Shown here one piece after another: positions 28,772 through 39,024 of a stretch of 64,000 bases of DNA. The translations under genes were made by a program, and so were the position numbers. The stretch comes from a bacterium (GTDB taxonomy: Bacteria; CLD3; SB21), in contig JABWCP010000015.1 of NCBI GenBank assembly GCA_013360215.1, forward strand, positions 1-64,000, given 5' to 3'. The notes beneath the pieces are model-generated. The model did no database searches. It was given only the letters and a program-made list of their open reading frames with translations, and was not told where the DNA came from. Position 1 is the stretch's first letter; the number at the start of each line of letters is the position of its first letter.

Positions 28772-29969
28772 CGTTTTCCTTTTTATAAGATTCAATGATC
28801 TTTTTATAGATGTCTACGGTTCGGCGCGCGACCTCAGTTGGGTGATTCCTTGTTAGCGTGTTTTTTCTTGCATTTTCTGACAGTTTCAAACGCAAATCAT
28901 CATTTGCAAGCAGAAGGATTGCCTTTTTGGCTAAGTCATTCTCATCTCTCGCATTACATAGCAATCCTGTAACACCATCTTGGATAATAGACGGTATACC
29001 GCCGACGTTGCTAGCAATGACGGGTAAACCTGAAACCATCGCTTCAACCACACTGTTGGGGCTGTTATCTATGTAAGAGGGATGCAATAAAATACAAGAT
29101 TTATCATGTAGCTTTTTTATTTCATCCGCATTTTGAAAACCCAGCCAATCTATACGTTCATCAACTTGTAATTCTTTAGTTAGTTGTTTTAACTCTGACA
29201 ATGTCTTCCTGTCACCTGATCCTACTATTCGAAGCCGAACATCAGGAAACCTGCTGATTATTATTGGTAAAGCTCGCATCAATTCGAATATTCCTTTTCG
29301 TCTCTCAATCGCGCCGACAAAAAGTAAATCTTTTGTTTTATGGTCACGGTTAGCTGAAAAATATACGGGATTCATCGCCTCTGGTAAGTCAAAAACAATA
29401 GCGTTGGAGTTTATAGAGTAAATAAACTCATTTGCCCATTTCGTACGGCTCCCAAAATTCTTTGATCTACTAATAAAGTTTTTCTCTAGATAGCTATGGA
29501 GCTTAAAGAATAATGACGGCGTTTGACGAGTCATCAAGCTTATGATCCCCTGAATACTGATAAGACTTGGGAATCCCGCTTCAAATGCACTATAGCCGTA
29601 ACCATATTCTGTACCATGAACATGGATGATATCCGGGTTTATGGACTTGATAATCGAATTGATCTTTTTCCGAAGAGGGTAATATCGCGTTAAAACATCC
29701 AACGGCAAAAACCTAGGAAATCCTCTATTGGAAAACGGAAATCCATATCGGATAATATGATAACAAACCCCATCTTCTAAACACTCCTGATCATCAAGTG
29801 CGTATGGGCTTGATGTAATTATATGTATTTCTATATCGCCCCTAGATTTCATTTCATGAAGCAAATTAGTGATCCATGATGCGGCATGTGAAATGCTAGT
29901 TCTAGAAAGTTTTAGTTTCGCATTAATTTTGCCAATTGGAAACGGACACACCCAAACGATTCGTATCAT
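28752..29969 (-). CDS. Glycosyltransferase family 4
   Basis: PDIIHVHGTE, RRKG, PSYIDNSPNSVVEAMVSGLPVIASNVGG. Confidence 0.92.
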   Translation of the reverse strand: MIRIVWVCPFPIGKINAKLKLSRTSISHAASWITNLLHEMKSRGDIEIHIITSSPYALDDQECLEDGVCYHIIRYGFPFSNRGFPRFLPLDVLTRYYPLRKKINSIIKSINPDIIHVHGTEYGYGYSAFEAGFPSLISIQGIISLMTRQTPSLFFKLHSYLEKNFISRSKNFGSRTKWANEFIYSINSNAIVFDLPEAMNPVYFSANRDHKTKDLLFVGAIERRKGIFELMRALPIIISRFPDVRLRIVGSGDRKTLSELKQLTKELQVDERIDWLGFQNADEIKKLHDKSCILLHPSYIDNSPNSVVEAMVSGLPVIASNVGGIPSIIQDGVTGLLCNARDENDLAKKAILLLANDDLRLKLSENARKNTLTRNHPTEVARRTVDIYKKIIESYKKENDEVKSR

Positions 29970-31507
29970 TTAATATTTTTCTCCTTAAAAGATAAGCGAT
30001 CCTCTATTGGATAGGAATTTACCAACGCTGCAATTATTAAGGATACGACTATGTTTTCTTTAATCTCAAAAAGACTAATTGTAAAAGAATATATCGAACA
30101 AAAAAACAGAACCATCATCGTGAAATTGAGAGTGACATTTTGTTTCTTAATTTTACAGTTAATATTTCTGTTTTGAAGATTTAAAAAGACACTTCCGTAA
30201 AACAACATATAGCTAAACCAACCCGCAATCCCTACTTCCCCAACCAATATTACAAAACTGTTTTCAACCCAGTCACCGCTCCCTAAAAAACCAACTAAAA
30301 CATTGGTAGAGTTGTAATCATTCCAAAGAGGCGTTGAGTATTTTTGAGCTGCTAACGATAAAAACATTCCGGGACCAGAACCAAATAAAAAACTTCCATT
30401 GTTTACCATCATATTATACAAATTCAAAAAGGAAAATACCTTTGGGATTTCCAAAATTGGCTTGTCCAAGATTTCCTGAATTTTTAGTGCAATATAATCA
30501 AATCCATAAAGCAAGTCAGGATTCATGACTACAACGATAATGGGAATTGAAATAATAGAAGCGACAATAAGAACTGTTTTGAGAATTAATCTTCTAGATC
30601 CTCCCGCTCCAGTACCTATCAAAAACAAGAAATACGCAAATAGAACTAACAATAAGAGAATTGTAAAGAACCCTACCGACGCCAATAATACTCCAAAAAA
30701 CGCTATACCAGCTTTCATCAAATGTTTTTTTTTACGCAAAAAAAAATATTTTGATACATAATAAAAAATTGATAATGCCAATAAAAACGTCGAGGTTTGG
30801 ACGTAAGGAAAAGAAAAAGTTCCAAATGCGTAATCTCCAAAACTCACTTCCCCCACAAGTAAGCTCGGAAAGTTTTGTATAGTAGTAATAAGTAACTGCA
30901 ACTCTAAACACATGAACAATATATATCCAAACAACAATTCTTTTTCGCGTATCAACATGCTCGAACCAATAATATAAAAATAAGCAACCAAAGGAAAGAG
31001 ATGATAATAGAGAAATAGCAAACCCGCACCAATAATGCTTCCATTGATTATTATTGATAAAATGAAAGTTAAAATAAACAATCCAACGGCAATCAGTTCC
31101 TTTTTGTACAATTTCCACGATTTATTAAAAATAGTCACAAAGACATTGACCAACATTGCCACAAAAATGAGCTTGGGGACGTTATTGATAAACATATTGT
31201 CTGGAGTCGTGAACCTAAGAAAACTCAGAGAGAGATCACCGGAAGTTAGCATGGAAGAAACACCTTCAATGTATTCACTGGGATACATTAAAAACATTTG
31301 CAAAGAGAGTAAAATGCTGATTGAAAGCAAAATGAAATAAAACGGTTTTCTAACTGACAAGATCAATAAAGAAACAGAAAATACCGCTAAAGACAATACA
31401 TTGTCCAAGAACACTAGCACTAATTGAATCAACAAAATGCTCAAAAAAAGCAGTAAATATTTGATGTACTGCCTCGAGTCTACGTGGATATCAATTAGTG
31501 ACACCAT
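29966..31507 (-). CDS. wzy: Polytopic membrane protein, probable Wzy polymerase / O-antigen-ligase family
   Basis: About 12-13 hydrophobic segments, a periplasmic loop with LFGSGPGMF and ENSF...GEVGIAG; sits among GT genes. Confidence 0.7.
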   Translation of the reverse strand: MVSLIDIHVDSRQYIKYLLLFLSILLIQLVLVFLDNVLSLAVFSVSLLILSVRKPFYFILLSISILLSLQMFLMYPSEYIEGVSSMLTSGDLSLSFLRFTTPDNMFINNVPKLIFVAMLVNVFVTIFNKSWKLYKKELIAVGLFILTFILSIIINGSIIGAGLLFLYYHLFPLVAYFYIIGSSMLIREKELLFGYILFMCLELQLLITTIQNFPSLLVGEVSFGDYAFGTFSFPYVQTSTFLLALSIFYYVSKYFFLRKKKHLMKAGIAFFGVLLASVGFFTILLLLVLFAYFLFLIGTGAGGSRRLILKTVLIVASIISIPIIVVVMNPDLLYGFDYIALKIQEILDKPILEIPKVFSFLNLYNMMVNNGSFLFGSGPGMFLSLAAQKYSTPLWNDYNSTNVLVGFLGSGDWVENSFVILVGEVGIAGWFSYMLFYGSVFLNLQNRNINCKIKKQNVTLNFTMMVLFFCSIYSFTISLFEIKENIVVSLIIAALVNSYPIEDRLSFKEKNIK

Positions 31508-31509
31508 CT

Positions 31510-32784
31510 CTACAATTGCTTTCCGGTTAAAAGACGATGGTATAAACCAACATAATCATCCGCAACAACAGAAAAGGAACAATGCTTTGAGACAGTTTCT
31601 CTTGCGTTCTGACCGCATTGCTTTGCAAAAAAAATATCTTCCTTAAATCTTATGAGGGCCTGTGACAACTCAATTACATTTTCTTTTTCAATAAGTATTC
31701 CATTCAAATTATTTTGAATAAGATCGGAATTTCCGGAAATATTGGTTGCAATACAAGGTAAACCTATAGCCATAGCTTCAAGAAGAGCATTGGACATTCC
31801 TTCAGATCTAGAAGGAAGAATAAAAACGTCCGATTTCATTAATAATTCAGAAACGTTATTACTGCGCCCTAAAAAAGCAACTGAGTTTTGAATATTCAGT
31901 TCTTGAGCTTGTTTTTTTAAAACCGTTGCATCCCCCCCTCCTACAATTAGAAGTTTGGCCGGATTGATCTGCTGTATACACAGCGCCCATCCGTTCAAAA
32001 GTACATCAATTCCCTTCCAAGGTTGTTGTGACAAATTTCCTACGAAAATGACAGTAAATTCCAAATTTCCGTGATCCCTCCAACAATTGTCAGGAATCGC
32101 GACTCCGTTTGGAATTGATTTGATCCTTACTTGTGGAATATGGGATTCAATTAATTCCTTTTTTATTTCAGAGGAAATCGCAATAAAACAATCAGCTTTT
32201 TTAGTAATAGATTTAAGTAGAGCAGGCTGACCATTGTAACTTCTATATAAGCCCGATCCTGCTTCTTTGACAATTACCTTTCTATTGGTAAAGCGTGCTG
32301 CACACACACCTAATGCGGCGATCCAGTGAGCCTCGTGTACGTGTATAATGTCAATCTTCTTTCTTATTCCAAGATAAATAATTACTCCAAACGCCTGAAT
32401 TGAAAATATGACCGCAGGAATAAACTCAAGAAAAATCTTTGCAAACAAATCTGTGATCGGTTTTTCTTTGGTTTCCGATGTCTTTGCGAATGCGTCAATA
32501 GTTTCAAATTTAGGGCGATTTCCTTTGATGAAGGGCCTAAGTTTTTGCCAAAGATTGTATACTGTCTCATAGCCAGACTTCAATCCGTAAACATTAATAC
32601 CATTCAAACTTTCTTTTGATTCCGTCATTGGATGATACGACGTAACTACAAATATGTTATGGTGGCGTTGCGCCAATTGTTCACTTAACCGAAGGCATTG
32701 AAGTTCAGCCCCTCCCAAAACAGGAGGAAAATGCCATATGAGCATACAGATTGAAGGATTTGATTTAGGTTGAGGTGCTGACAT
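31510..32784 (-). CDS. Glycosyltransferase family 4
   Basis: GGAELQ, IPNGV, KGIDVL, PSRSEGMSNALLEAMAIGLP. Confidence 0.92.
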   Translation of the reverse strand: MSAPQPKSNPSICMLIWHFPPVLGGAELQCLRLSEQLAQRHHNIFVVTSYHPMTESKESLNGINVYGLKSGYETVYNLWQKLRPFIKGNRPKFETIDAFAKTSETKEKPITDLFAKIFLEFIPAVIFSIQAFGVIIYLGIRKKIDIIHVHEAHWIAALGVCAARFTNRKVIVKEAGSGLYRSYNGQPALLKSITKKADCFIAISSEIKKELIESHIPQVRIKSIPNGVAIPDNCWRDHGNLEFTVIFVGNLSQQPWKGIDVLLNGWALCIQQINPAKLLIVGGGDATVLKKQAQELNIQNSVAFLGRSNNVSELLMKSDVFILPSRSEGMSNALLEAMAIGLPCIATNISGNSDLIQNNLNGILIEKENVIELSQALIRFKEDIFFAKQCGQNARETVSKHCSFSVVADDYVGLYHRLLTGKQL

Positions 32785-32891
32785 CTTCTTTATGGAAAAA
32801 AGTTCAATAATTATTTAAACCAGTAATAACTTAGTTCTATTCGATCTTTTTCATTAGCAGGATTCGGTTGTACTTTACCTCTTTTGAAATA

Positions 32892-33989
32892 TTATATTCG
32901 CCCGCCTAATATTTTATTTACAAATAACGCCACCACACCCGCTAATCCTTTGGATGCGTAAGTTTCTTTTAATTTCTTTGTTTTGGGATAGAAGAAATGA
33001 AAATATTTAGTTATCCATAATTTTATTGTTTTTTCTATTACAAAACTCCTTCCCAATACTACACTTTTATCGCTTGGAATCAAAAGCGAGTTTATACCAT
33101 CTTTAAAATCACTTTTATTTTTTCTATTATCTAGTAAATAGTTCCAAAGTTCGATATGTTTTCTTGTATAATCTAACCAATTCCATGAAGCCACAGAGTT
33201 TACGAGTTTTTTTTGGCCTTTTTCTATATTCAGAAATATATTTTCCAATTCTTCATACTCCGTAAACGGATGAATTATTGCGTTTGACGCATCTAAATGA
33301 TAGCCTTGGGTGGTAACGATAGTTTTTACACCTGCAGCCACTGCATCAATAAAGCCCATTTGACCCTCGTCCATACCCATATATAGGTAGTAATCCAAGC
33401 TTGGAATAAGCTCAATGTATTGCGAATAATTAAAATGATCAAAATAGTCCACTTCAAACCCTTCTTTTCGAAGAGAGTTAACCTGGCGCTCCCAACCATC
33501 TCCCATTATTTTAAATTTAAAATAATCAGCATCTATCGTTTTGGACAATTTATCTAAGAAATATTCTCTTTTTCGCCCATCTACTTGCACACGACAAGAC
33601 AGCCCTATCACTATTTTCCTTTTCCTCATTACGCCATCATGTGCAGGATTTACATAACAAAGCTTTTTCTTATCAATGCCCATTCTTGATAGGTAACTCA
33701 TGGTCTCATTAGACATACAAATGCCCGCCGATGCAATAGTCATTTGTTTTTTTAAAAGATTCAGCTTATCTATTGTGTCAATATGAGTAATCATCAAAGT
33801 ATCAATCCCGCGACTTTGACCATCATACCCTAAATAAATTATATGATGATTGATGTCCGCTGAGGTGTCGGGAAACTTAGAGATGTCCGATTCAACTTTT
33901 AATTCCTTAAGGCATTCTTGCATTCGTAGAGCAAATTTCCCCAGTATCCAAGCGTCAACATCTTCATAACAAACTATCCTGACTTTCAC
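32892..33989 (-). CDS. Divergent GT-B-fold glycosyltransferase-like protein
   Basis: DGRKRE and DEGQMGFIDAVAAG resemble the GT4 E-x7-E motif; GTG start with GGGAG upstream. Confidence 0.6.
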   Translation of the reverse strand: MKVRIVCYEDVDAWILGKFALRMQECLKELKVESDISKFPDTSADINHHIIYLGYDGQSRGIDTLMITHIDTIDKLNLLKKQMTIASAGICMSNETMSYLSRMGIDKKKLCYVNPAHDGVMRKRKIVIGLSCRVQVDGRKREYFLDKLSKTIDADYFKFKIMGDGWERQVNSLRKEGFEVDYFDHFNYSQYIELIPSLDYYLYMGMDEGQMGFIDAVAAGVKTIVTTQGYHLDASNAIIHPFTEYEELENIFLNIEKGQKKLVNSVASWNWLDYTRKHIELWNYLLDNRKNKSDFKDGINSLLIPSDKSVVLGRSFVIEKTIKLWITKYFHFFYPKTKKLKETYASKGLAGVVALFVNKILGGRI

Positions 33990-34195
33990 AAAACGCTCCC
34001 GGTCTTAGATTATACATTACCGTTATTCATATTATATAAACTACAACCTACTTTGTTTCATATTCATCACAACCTACAGTAATTTGTTCTCACAATGAGA
34101 ATATAACACATCGAACAATAACCATACCGACAATAATATTGAATCCGCTAAACATAAACAGTTTATGCTTTTCAAAGTTTAATCTATTCAAAATT

Positions 34196-34924
34196 TCAAT
34201 GGAAAATCCCAACAATAATACTATTAGCACAGGGATAAGGATCCGCGTATTTAGCGCCTATGACATCTGAATATAAAACCTGCTTCCATTCATTATCTTC
34301 CGATATTCTTTTCATAAAATATTCTTCAGAAAAACCTAACTTATTTCTTCCAATCAGTGAATCCAAATAACTATTAAAACCTAAAGGCATAGTTGCTACT
34401 ATCGTTCCCATTGGGCTTAGCATTTGTTTCATATTGTCAATTGCCCGTAGCAGTTGTTTTGGATCGTTGTGGTTGGATGTGATGTCACCATATCGGGAAT
34501 ATTCGTCCCATCCAACATGTTCTAAAGTTGAAATCGTTACGATCAAATCATATTTTTCACTAGGTTTGAATTCTGTTATATCGTAATTTAAGACAAAATC
34601 CCCTTTTTCATATTTATCAACAATTGTATGTTCAAATTGTAGGTAGTGATTCAAAACATTTCCAACCTCTAATATCTTCTTGTTTTGATAATGCTTCACA
34701 TACTCCATGACTATTGGAATTTCAACCGACCTTTCGTTTCTAAATGTTTCATTGTGCATGGAGTAATAATAAAATAAGCTTGTTTCATTAAAATTAAATT
34801 TACTGTTTCTAAACATCTTGTAAAATATGAGATCAAACAAGTTTGGGTTCCGCCCAACAAGGTATAACGCTTTTCTAACTATTCGACGTAACAACGCAAA
34901 AAAAACGTTACTTGTTTTCACCAA
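34196..34924 (-). CDS. Class I SAM-methyltransferase-fold protein (DUF268-like)
   Basis: ERSVEIP, ILEVGN, YDLIVTISTLEHVG and LSPMG motifs. Confidence 0.65.
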   Translation of the reverse strand: MVKTSNVFFALLRRIVRKALYLVGRNPNLFDLIFYKMFRNSKFNFNETSLFYYYSMHNETFRNERSVEIPIVMEYVKHYQNKKILEVGNVLNHYLQFEHTIVDKYEKGDFVLNYDITEFKPSEKYDLIVTISTLEHVGWDEYSRYGDITSNHNDPKQLLRAIDNMKQMLSPMGTIVATMPLGFNSYLDSLIGRNKLGFSEEYFMKRISEDNEWKQVLYSDVIGAKYADPYPCANSIIVGIFH

Positions 34925-36455
34925 ATGCCCCTTTCAATTTATCCTGGATATACATTATTCCAGATACTTTCGCATTCACTATTTCCTCTACCGGAAGCCA
35001 ATATACCATGATCAATATATACAAAAGCAGCCCACAACTAATTGAAATGGAGGTCCTGAAAAATTCAACAATATCCATCAAAATATAGTTTTGCAACGAG
35101 AACATAATTATCCCAGAAAATGCCGCAGCAGCAATGACTTTTAAAACATCCACAATCAGCTTTCTTCCGTCCAATCCTTTAAAAATCTTATCTAACAATA
35201 TCAGAGCAATAACAATGGTGTAAAATGTTGATAAAGATGATGCTAGCGAAAGACCAAGATAAGAGACCTTTGAACTTAAGTAATACCCAAGTAACAAATA
35301 AATTGCTATTTCCGAAACAGCTACCACAGAAAATATTTTAGTGTTATTGGATAGATAAAATCCCTTCGCTGCTATGTTTCCGCAGCTAAGACAAATAAAC
35401 GCTATCATTAAGGTTGACAATATATTACTGACGGCGCTAGTCGCGGCATCATCAAAGGCACCCCTTTCAAAAAGAAGCCGCACAATCGAATCACCAAGAA
35501 ATAAAAATAAAAAAGCTATTGGAAGTGCAATCAAAAGTACAATTCGAATCCCTTTTGAAAAATATCTTCGTACTGCTTCAAGGTCATTACGCTCCCACGC
35601 TTCTGACATTAGAGGAAATATTGTTGTTGCAATGCCACTTGATGTAATATTTGCCAAATAATTCATTATTTGATTCGCATATCCCAAATAAGAAATACTA
35701 CCAGGTTCAAGTGTAGAGGCGATTAGTCTTTCCAATACACTTGTCGATCGATACAACAAACCTGCGATAATCAAAGGAGCGGCAGTTTTGAATAATTTTA
35801 ATTGTTCTTTATCGAACAAAAAACTTAATCTATAAAATTTACCTTGGAAAACAATCGGAATAAGAATGATGAAACTAAAAATGGAAGCAGCAAGGCTTCC
35901 ATAAGCTAAACTTTCAATACCAATTTCACTATTCCATAGGATGACAAACAAAGGGCTTATGACTGTACCTAAAATGGGCGCGACTGAAGGCAAGAGAAAT
36001 CTCTTATGTGCATAATATATCATTGTAAGTAGATTCGATAGAACTGAAAATAAAATTGTTGGTAGGAGAATTCTAAGTAGTTTTGATGTAAGATGAAGTT
36101 GATCACCCTTGAAACCCGGAGTCAACAGAGTAACTAATTGCTCGGAAAACACAATCCCAAAAATAACTAAAATACAAATAAAGAGCCCATATATATTAAG
36201 TACCCTACTTACGAAAAATGCAATTTCATCAGGTGTCTTTTGAATTTGATGCCCAATATATGATGACATAAATATAACACCGAGGGAGTTAGCGAAAAGC
36301 GCTATCAAGTACGTTGGAATAACAATAGCAGCAAAATATGCGTCCCGTTGAGGTGTTGTGCCAAAGTAAAAAGCAACCACTAGTTGAGTCAGAAAACCCG
36401 CAATTATTCCTAAAAAAGAAAAAAAGGTTACTTGTATTGTTGATTTTAAAAGCAA
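34908..36455 (-). CDS. MurJ/MviN-like (MOP family) lipid-linked oligosaccharide flippase
   Basis: VAFYFGT...DAYFAA, PGF, IASTLEPGSISYLGYANQ, LFERGAFD; about 14 TMs; TTG start. Confidence 0.85.
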   Translation of the reverse strand: MLLKSTIQVTFFSFLGIIAGFLTQLVVAFYFGTTPQRDAYFAAIVIPTYLIALFANSLGVIFMSSYIGHQIQKTPDEIAFFVSRVLNIYGLFICILVIFGIVFSEQLVTLLTPGFKGDQLHLTSKLLRILLPTILFSVLSNLLTMIYYAHKRFLLPSVAPILGTVISPLFVILWNSEIGIESLAYGSLAASIFSFIILIPIVFQGKFYRLSFLFDKEQLKLFKTAAPLIIAGLLYRSTSVLERLIASTLEPGSISYLGYANQIMNYLANITSSGIATTIFPLMSEAWERNDLEAVRRYFSKGIRIVLLIALPIAFLFLFLGDSIVRLLFERGAFDDAATSAVSNILSTLMIAFICLSCGNIAAKGFYLSNNTKIFSVVAVSEIAIYLLLGYYLSSKVSYLGLSLASSLSTFYTIVIALILLDKIFKGLDGRKLIVDVLKVIAAAAFSGIIMFSLQNYILMDIVEFFRTSISISCGLLLYILIMVYWLPVEEIVNAKVSGIMYIQDKLKGAFGENK

Positions 36456-36707
36456 AGAATTAGACGTTTAAAATTGCAGTATGGTAGCGGGTATTATACT
36501 AAGAACTGATATGGGTGATTCACGTAAACTTTCCGCTTAGTTCTTAACATCATTGGAACTTATGTTGAGTCCTTTGGTCGTTTGATACCCCAACTTGCAA
36601 CTCAATACAAAACGACCTTTGTGCATCTAAAGACTTGCTTAAAAATAAAATTATCACCTAATGAACTACCATGAAGAAAATATACGACTTGAACTAAGAT
36701 TAGTTTA

Positions 36708-37478
36708 TTACTTCATTTGGCAGATAAAAAGGGCACTCCACGTATCAAATCCGAGTGTTTTTTTTGTAATCCATTCTTCGTGAGCAAGAATTTTGAATCC
36801 ATTATTTGAAAGCATAAATTCAATTTCAGGTAAAAATAGATACCGCATGGTATGCGTTTCATTGAGTACATTAATTACACCCGTTTTCTTTTCTGTTACA
36901 AACACTGTATAATTAACATCTACTAAATTCCTGTCGCTAATATGCGAAGGTTCTGCGATCCGAATAACTTTGATCAAATCATCTTCGAGTCTTTTTACTC
37001 GTACCGTTGGGCGATCGGTTAACACAGCAGGACCATACCAACAATCAAAAATAAAAATTCCATTCGGATTAAGATGATACTTTACTGTTGACAAAGTATC
37101 CATAAAATCGTTATTGCTTGTTTGATAACTCATTACATGGAACAATGACAAAGCCACATCAAATGTCTTATCTAAACGGATTGATCGAATATCACCTTTG
37201 TAAAATCTCAGCAACGATGACAACTTTGGTGAGGCGGCAGCTTTTTCTATTGCTTTGGATAGCATCTCTTGTGAAACATCAATACCGTCAATTGAGTAAC
37301 CGTATTCGCTCAAAAAAAAGTCATGCGCACCTGTACCACAACCAAGATTCAATATAGTCTGAGTTTGGGGAGCAAAACGTTGAATCAAATCTCTCAAATA
37401 GTGGACTTCATTACCATAGTCCTTATCTTTATAAAGGAGATCATAATAGCGCGAATAATCTCCAAAAACGTTACTCAT
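36708..37478 (-). CDS. SAM-dependent methyltransferase, TylM1/DesVI-like sugar N-methyltransferase
   Basis: YYDLLYKDKDY, LNLGCGTGAH, GIDVSQEML, GDIR, FDVALSLF. Confidence 0.85.
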   Translation of the reverse strand: MSNVFGDYSRYYDLLYKDKDYGNEVHYLRDLIQRFAPQTQTILNLGCGTGAHDFFLSEYGYSIDGIDVSQEMLSKAIEKAAASPKLSSLLRFYKGDIRSIRLDKTFDVALSLFHVMSYQTSNNDFMDTLSTVKYHLNPNGIFIFDCWYGPAVLTDRPTVRVKRLEDDLIKVIRIAEPSHISDRNLVDVNYTVFVTEKKTGVINVLNETHTMRYLFLPEIEFMLSNNGFKILAHEEWITKKTLGFDTWSALFICQMK

Positions 37479-37485
37479 AATGCCT

Positions 37486-38595
37486 TTACTTAAATAGTTC
37501 TTTAAGCGCTTCTGCGACTGAGTGTATTTGCTCTTCAGTTATTGCAAGCCCGCTTGGCACATAAAATCCTCTTTCACCAAGTCTCTCTGCAACCGGGTAC
37601 TGCTCTCCAAGGAAAAGACCTATATCATTAAAAACAGGCTGCCGATGCATGGGATAAAAAAAAGGACGAGTACCTACACCCGCACTTGCAAGTTTTTTCA
37701 TTGCCTCAAATGCGTCGTATGGTATTTCGTCGCTCATTACAATTCCATAAACCCAATAAATATTGGACGCATAATCGCATCCCTTGATAGGCAATTGAAT
37801 ACAATCTATCTCAGAAAGTAACTCGTTGTATATTGCACCGATTCTTCTTTTCTTAATAAGAAAATCATCTAATCTTTCAAGTTGCGCAACCCCAATAGCT
37901 GCTTGTAAGTTTGTCATTCTAAAATTCCATCCCAAATCTTTGTGAATAAAGCGACGGGGTGGAATAAAACTAAGATTACGCAGTTCTCGGCTTTTCGCTG
38001 CTAATTTTTCATCATTTGTCAGCACCATACCACCTTCACCTGTAGTGATATGCTTATTCGGATAAAAACTGAATATTGAAATGTCACCAAAACTGCCACA
38101 CGGTTTTCCTTTATATTTTTGTCCAATAAGCTCAGCAGCATCTTCGATAATCATCAGGTTATATTTCTCGGCTAATACCAAAATTGGATCCATATCTACA
38201 GGAATGCCATAGATATGTACAACCATGATTGCCTTCGTTCTACTGGTGATTCTAGATTCAATATTTTCAACTGACATATTCCACGTCTTTGGATCTGAAT
38301 CAACAACAACAGGAGTCGCACCTGCACGTACAATTGCAGCTGCACACGAAATAATTGTAAACGTAGGAAGAATTACTTCGTCGCCTTTGCCGATACCAAG
38401 CACCGCAACTGCAACTTCCAACGCAACGGAGCCGTTCGCAACAGCAATCCCGTATTTTCGGTCAACTCTTTTCGCAAAATCCTCTTCAAATTTTTTCACA
38501 AAGGGACCATCCGATGATATCCATCCCGTATCAATACATTCAGCTAAGTATTTCTTCTCATTACCATCCAACAATGGTTCATTTACCGGAATCAT
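37486..38595 (-). CDS. per: DegT/DnrJ PLP aminotransferase, GDP-perosamine synthase-like
   Basis: MIPVNEP, GWISSDGPFV, EDAAE, SFYPNKHITTGEGGM (catalytic Lys), NFRMTNLQAA; downstream of gmd. Confidence 0.85.
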   Translation of the reverse strand: MIPVNEPLLDGNEKKYLAECIDTGWISSDGPFVKKFEEDFAKRVDRKYGIAVANGSVALEVAVAVLGIGKGDEVILPTFTIISCAAAIVRAGATPVVVDSDPKTWNMSVENIESRITSRTKAIMVVHIYGIPVDMDPILVLAEKYNLMIIEDAAELIGQKYKGKPCGSFGDISIFSFYPNKHITTGEGGMVLTNDEKLAAKSRELRNLSFIPPRRFIHKDLGWNFRMTNLQAAIGVAQLERLDDFLIKKRRIGAIYNELLSEIDCIQLPIKGCDYASNIYWVYGIVMSDEIPYDAFEAMKKLASAGVGTRPFFYPMHRQPVFNDIGLFLGEQYPVAERLGERGFYVPSGLAITEEQIHSVAEALKELFK

Positions 38596-39014
38596 GGTTT
38601 TGTACCCTCAAAATGTGTCTTATCATTGGTTACACCACCATAAGGACCTTGTTTTATTTCGAGCATTTCACAATCTGACAACATTTCGAACCCATGCCCA
38701 CCAGAAATCAGAAAAATCACATCATCTTTATCTAAAACAACACTATTAACCCAATCGAATTCTGAATCATAAATATCTACTCTGACCGATCCTTTTCTAA
38801 TAACCAATACCTCTTGTGTTAATATAACTTGACGAATCAACTTATTGTGATAATGAGGTTTAATCTTACCCTCTTTAGAATACTTAATGATTCCAATCTG
38901 CTGAGAATACTCTGGACTTGAAAAAAATTCCGTTTTTTCCACTTGATGACTTCTTCTAATCACTAAAGCAAGGCAGTTATTATTTTTATCATTTATTTTT
39001 TGCAGGGATTCCAT
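38592..39014 (-). CDS. Cupin-fold metalloprotein (WbuC-like)
   Basis: PHYH...QE...GGHG...EIKQGPY metal-binding cupin motif. Confidence 0.75.
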   Translation of the reverse strand: MESLQKINDKNNNCLALVIRRSHQVEKTEFFSSPEYSQQIGIIKYSKEGKIKPHYHNKLIRQVILTQEVLVIRKGSVRVDIYDSEFDWVNSVVLDKDDVIFLISGGHGFEMLSDCEMLEIKQGPYGGVTNDKTHFEGTKP

Positions 39015-39024
39015 ATTTGATATT

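Noticed and set aside
30725-30746. Adjacent T9 and A9 homopolymers in wzy (also A9 at 46355-46363) as phase-variation tracts
   Set aside because: The frames are intact, and such runs are expected in AT-rich Phe/Lys codons; there is no evidence of slippage without reads.
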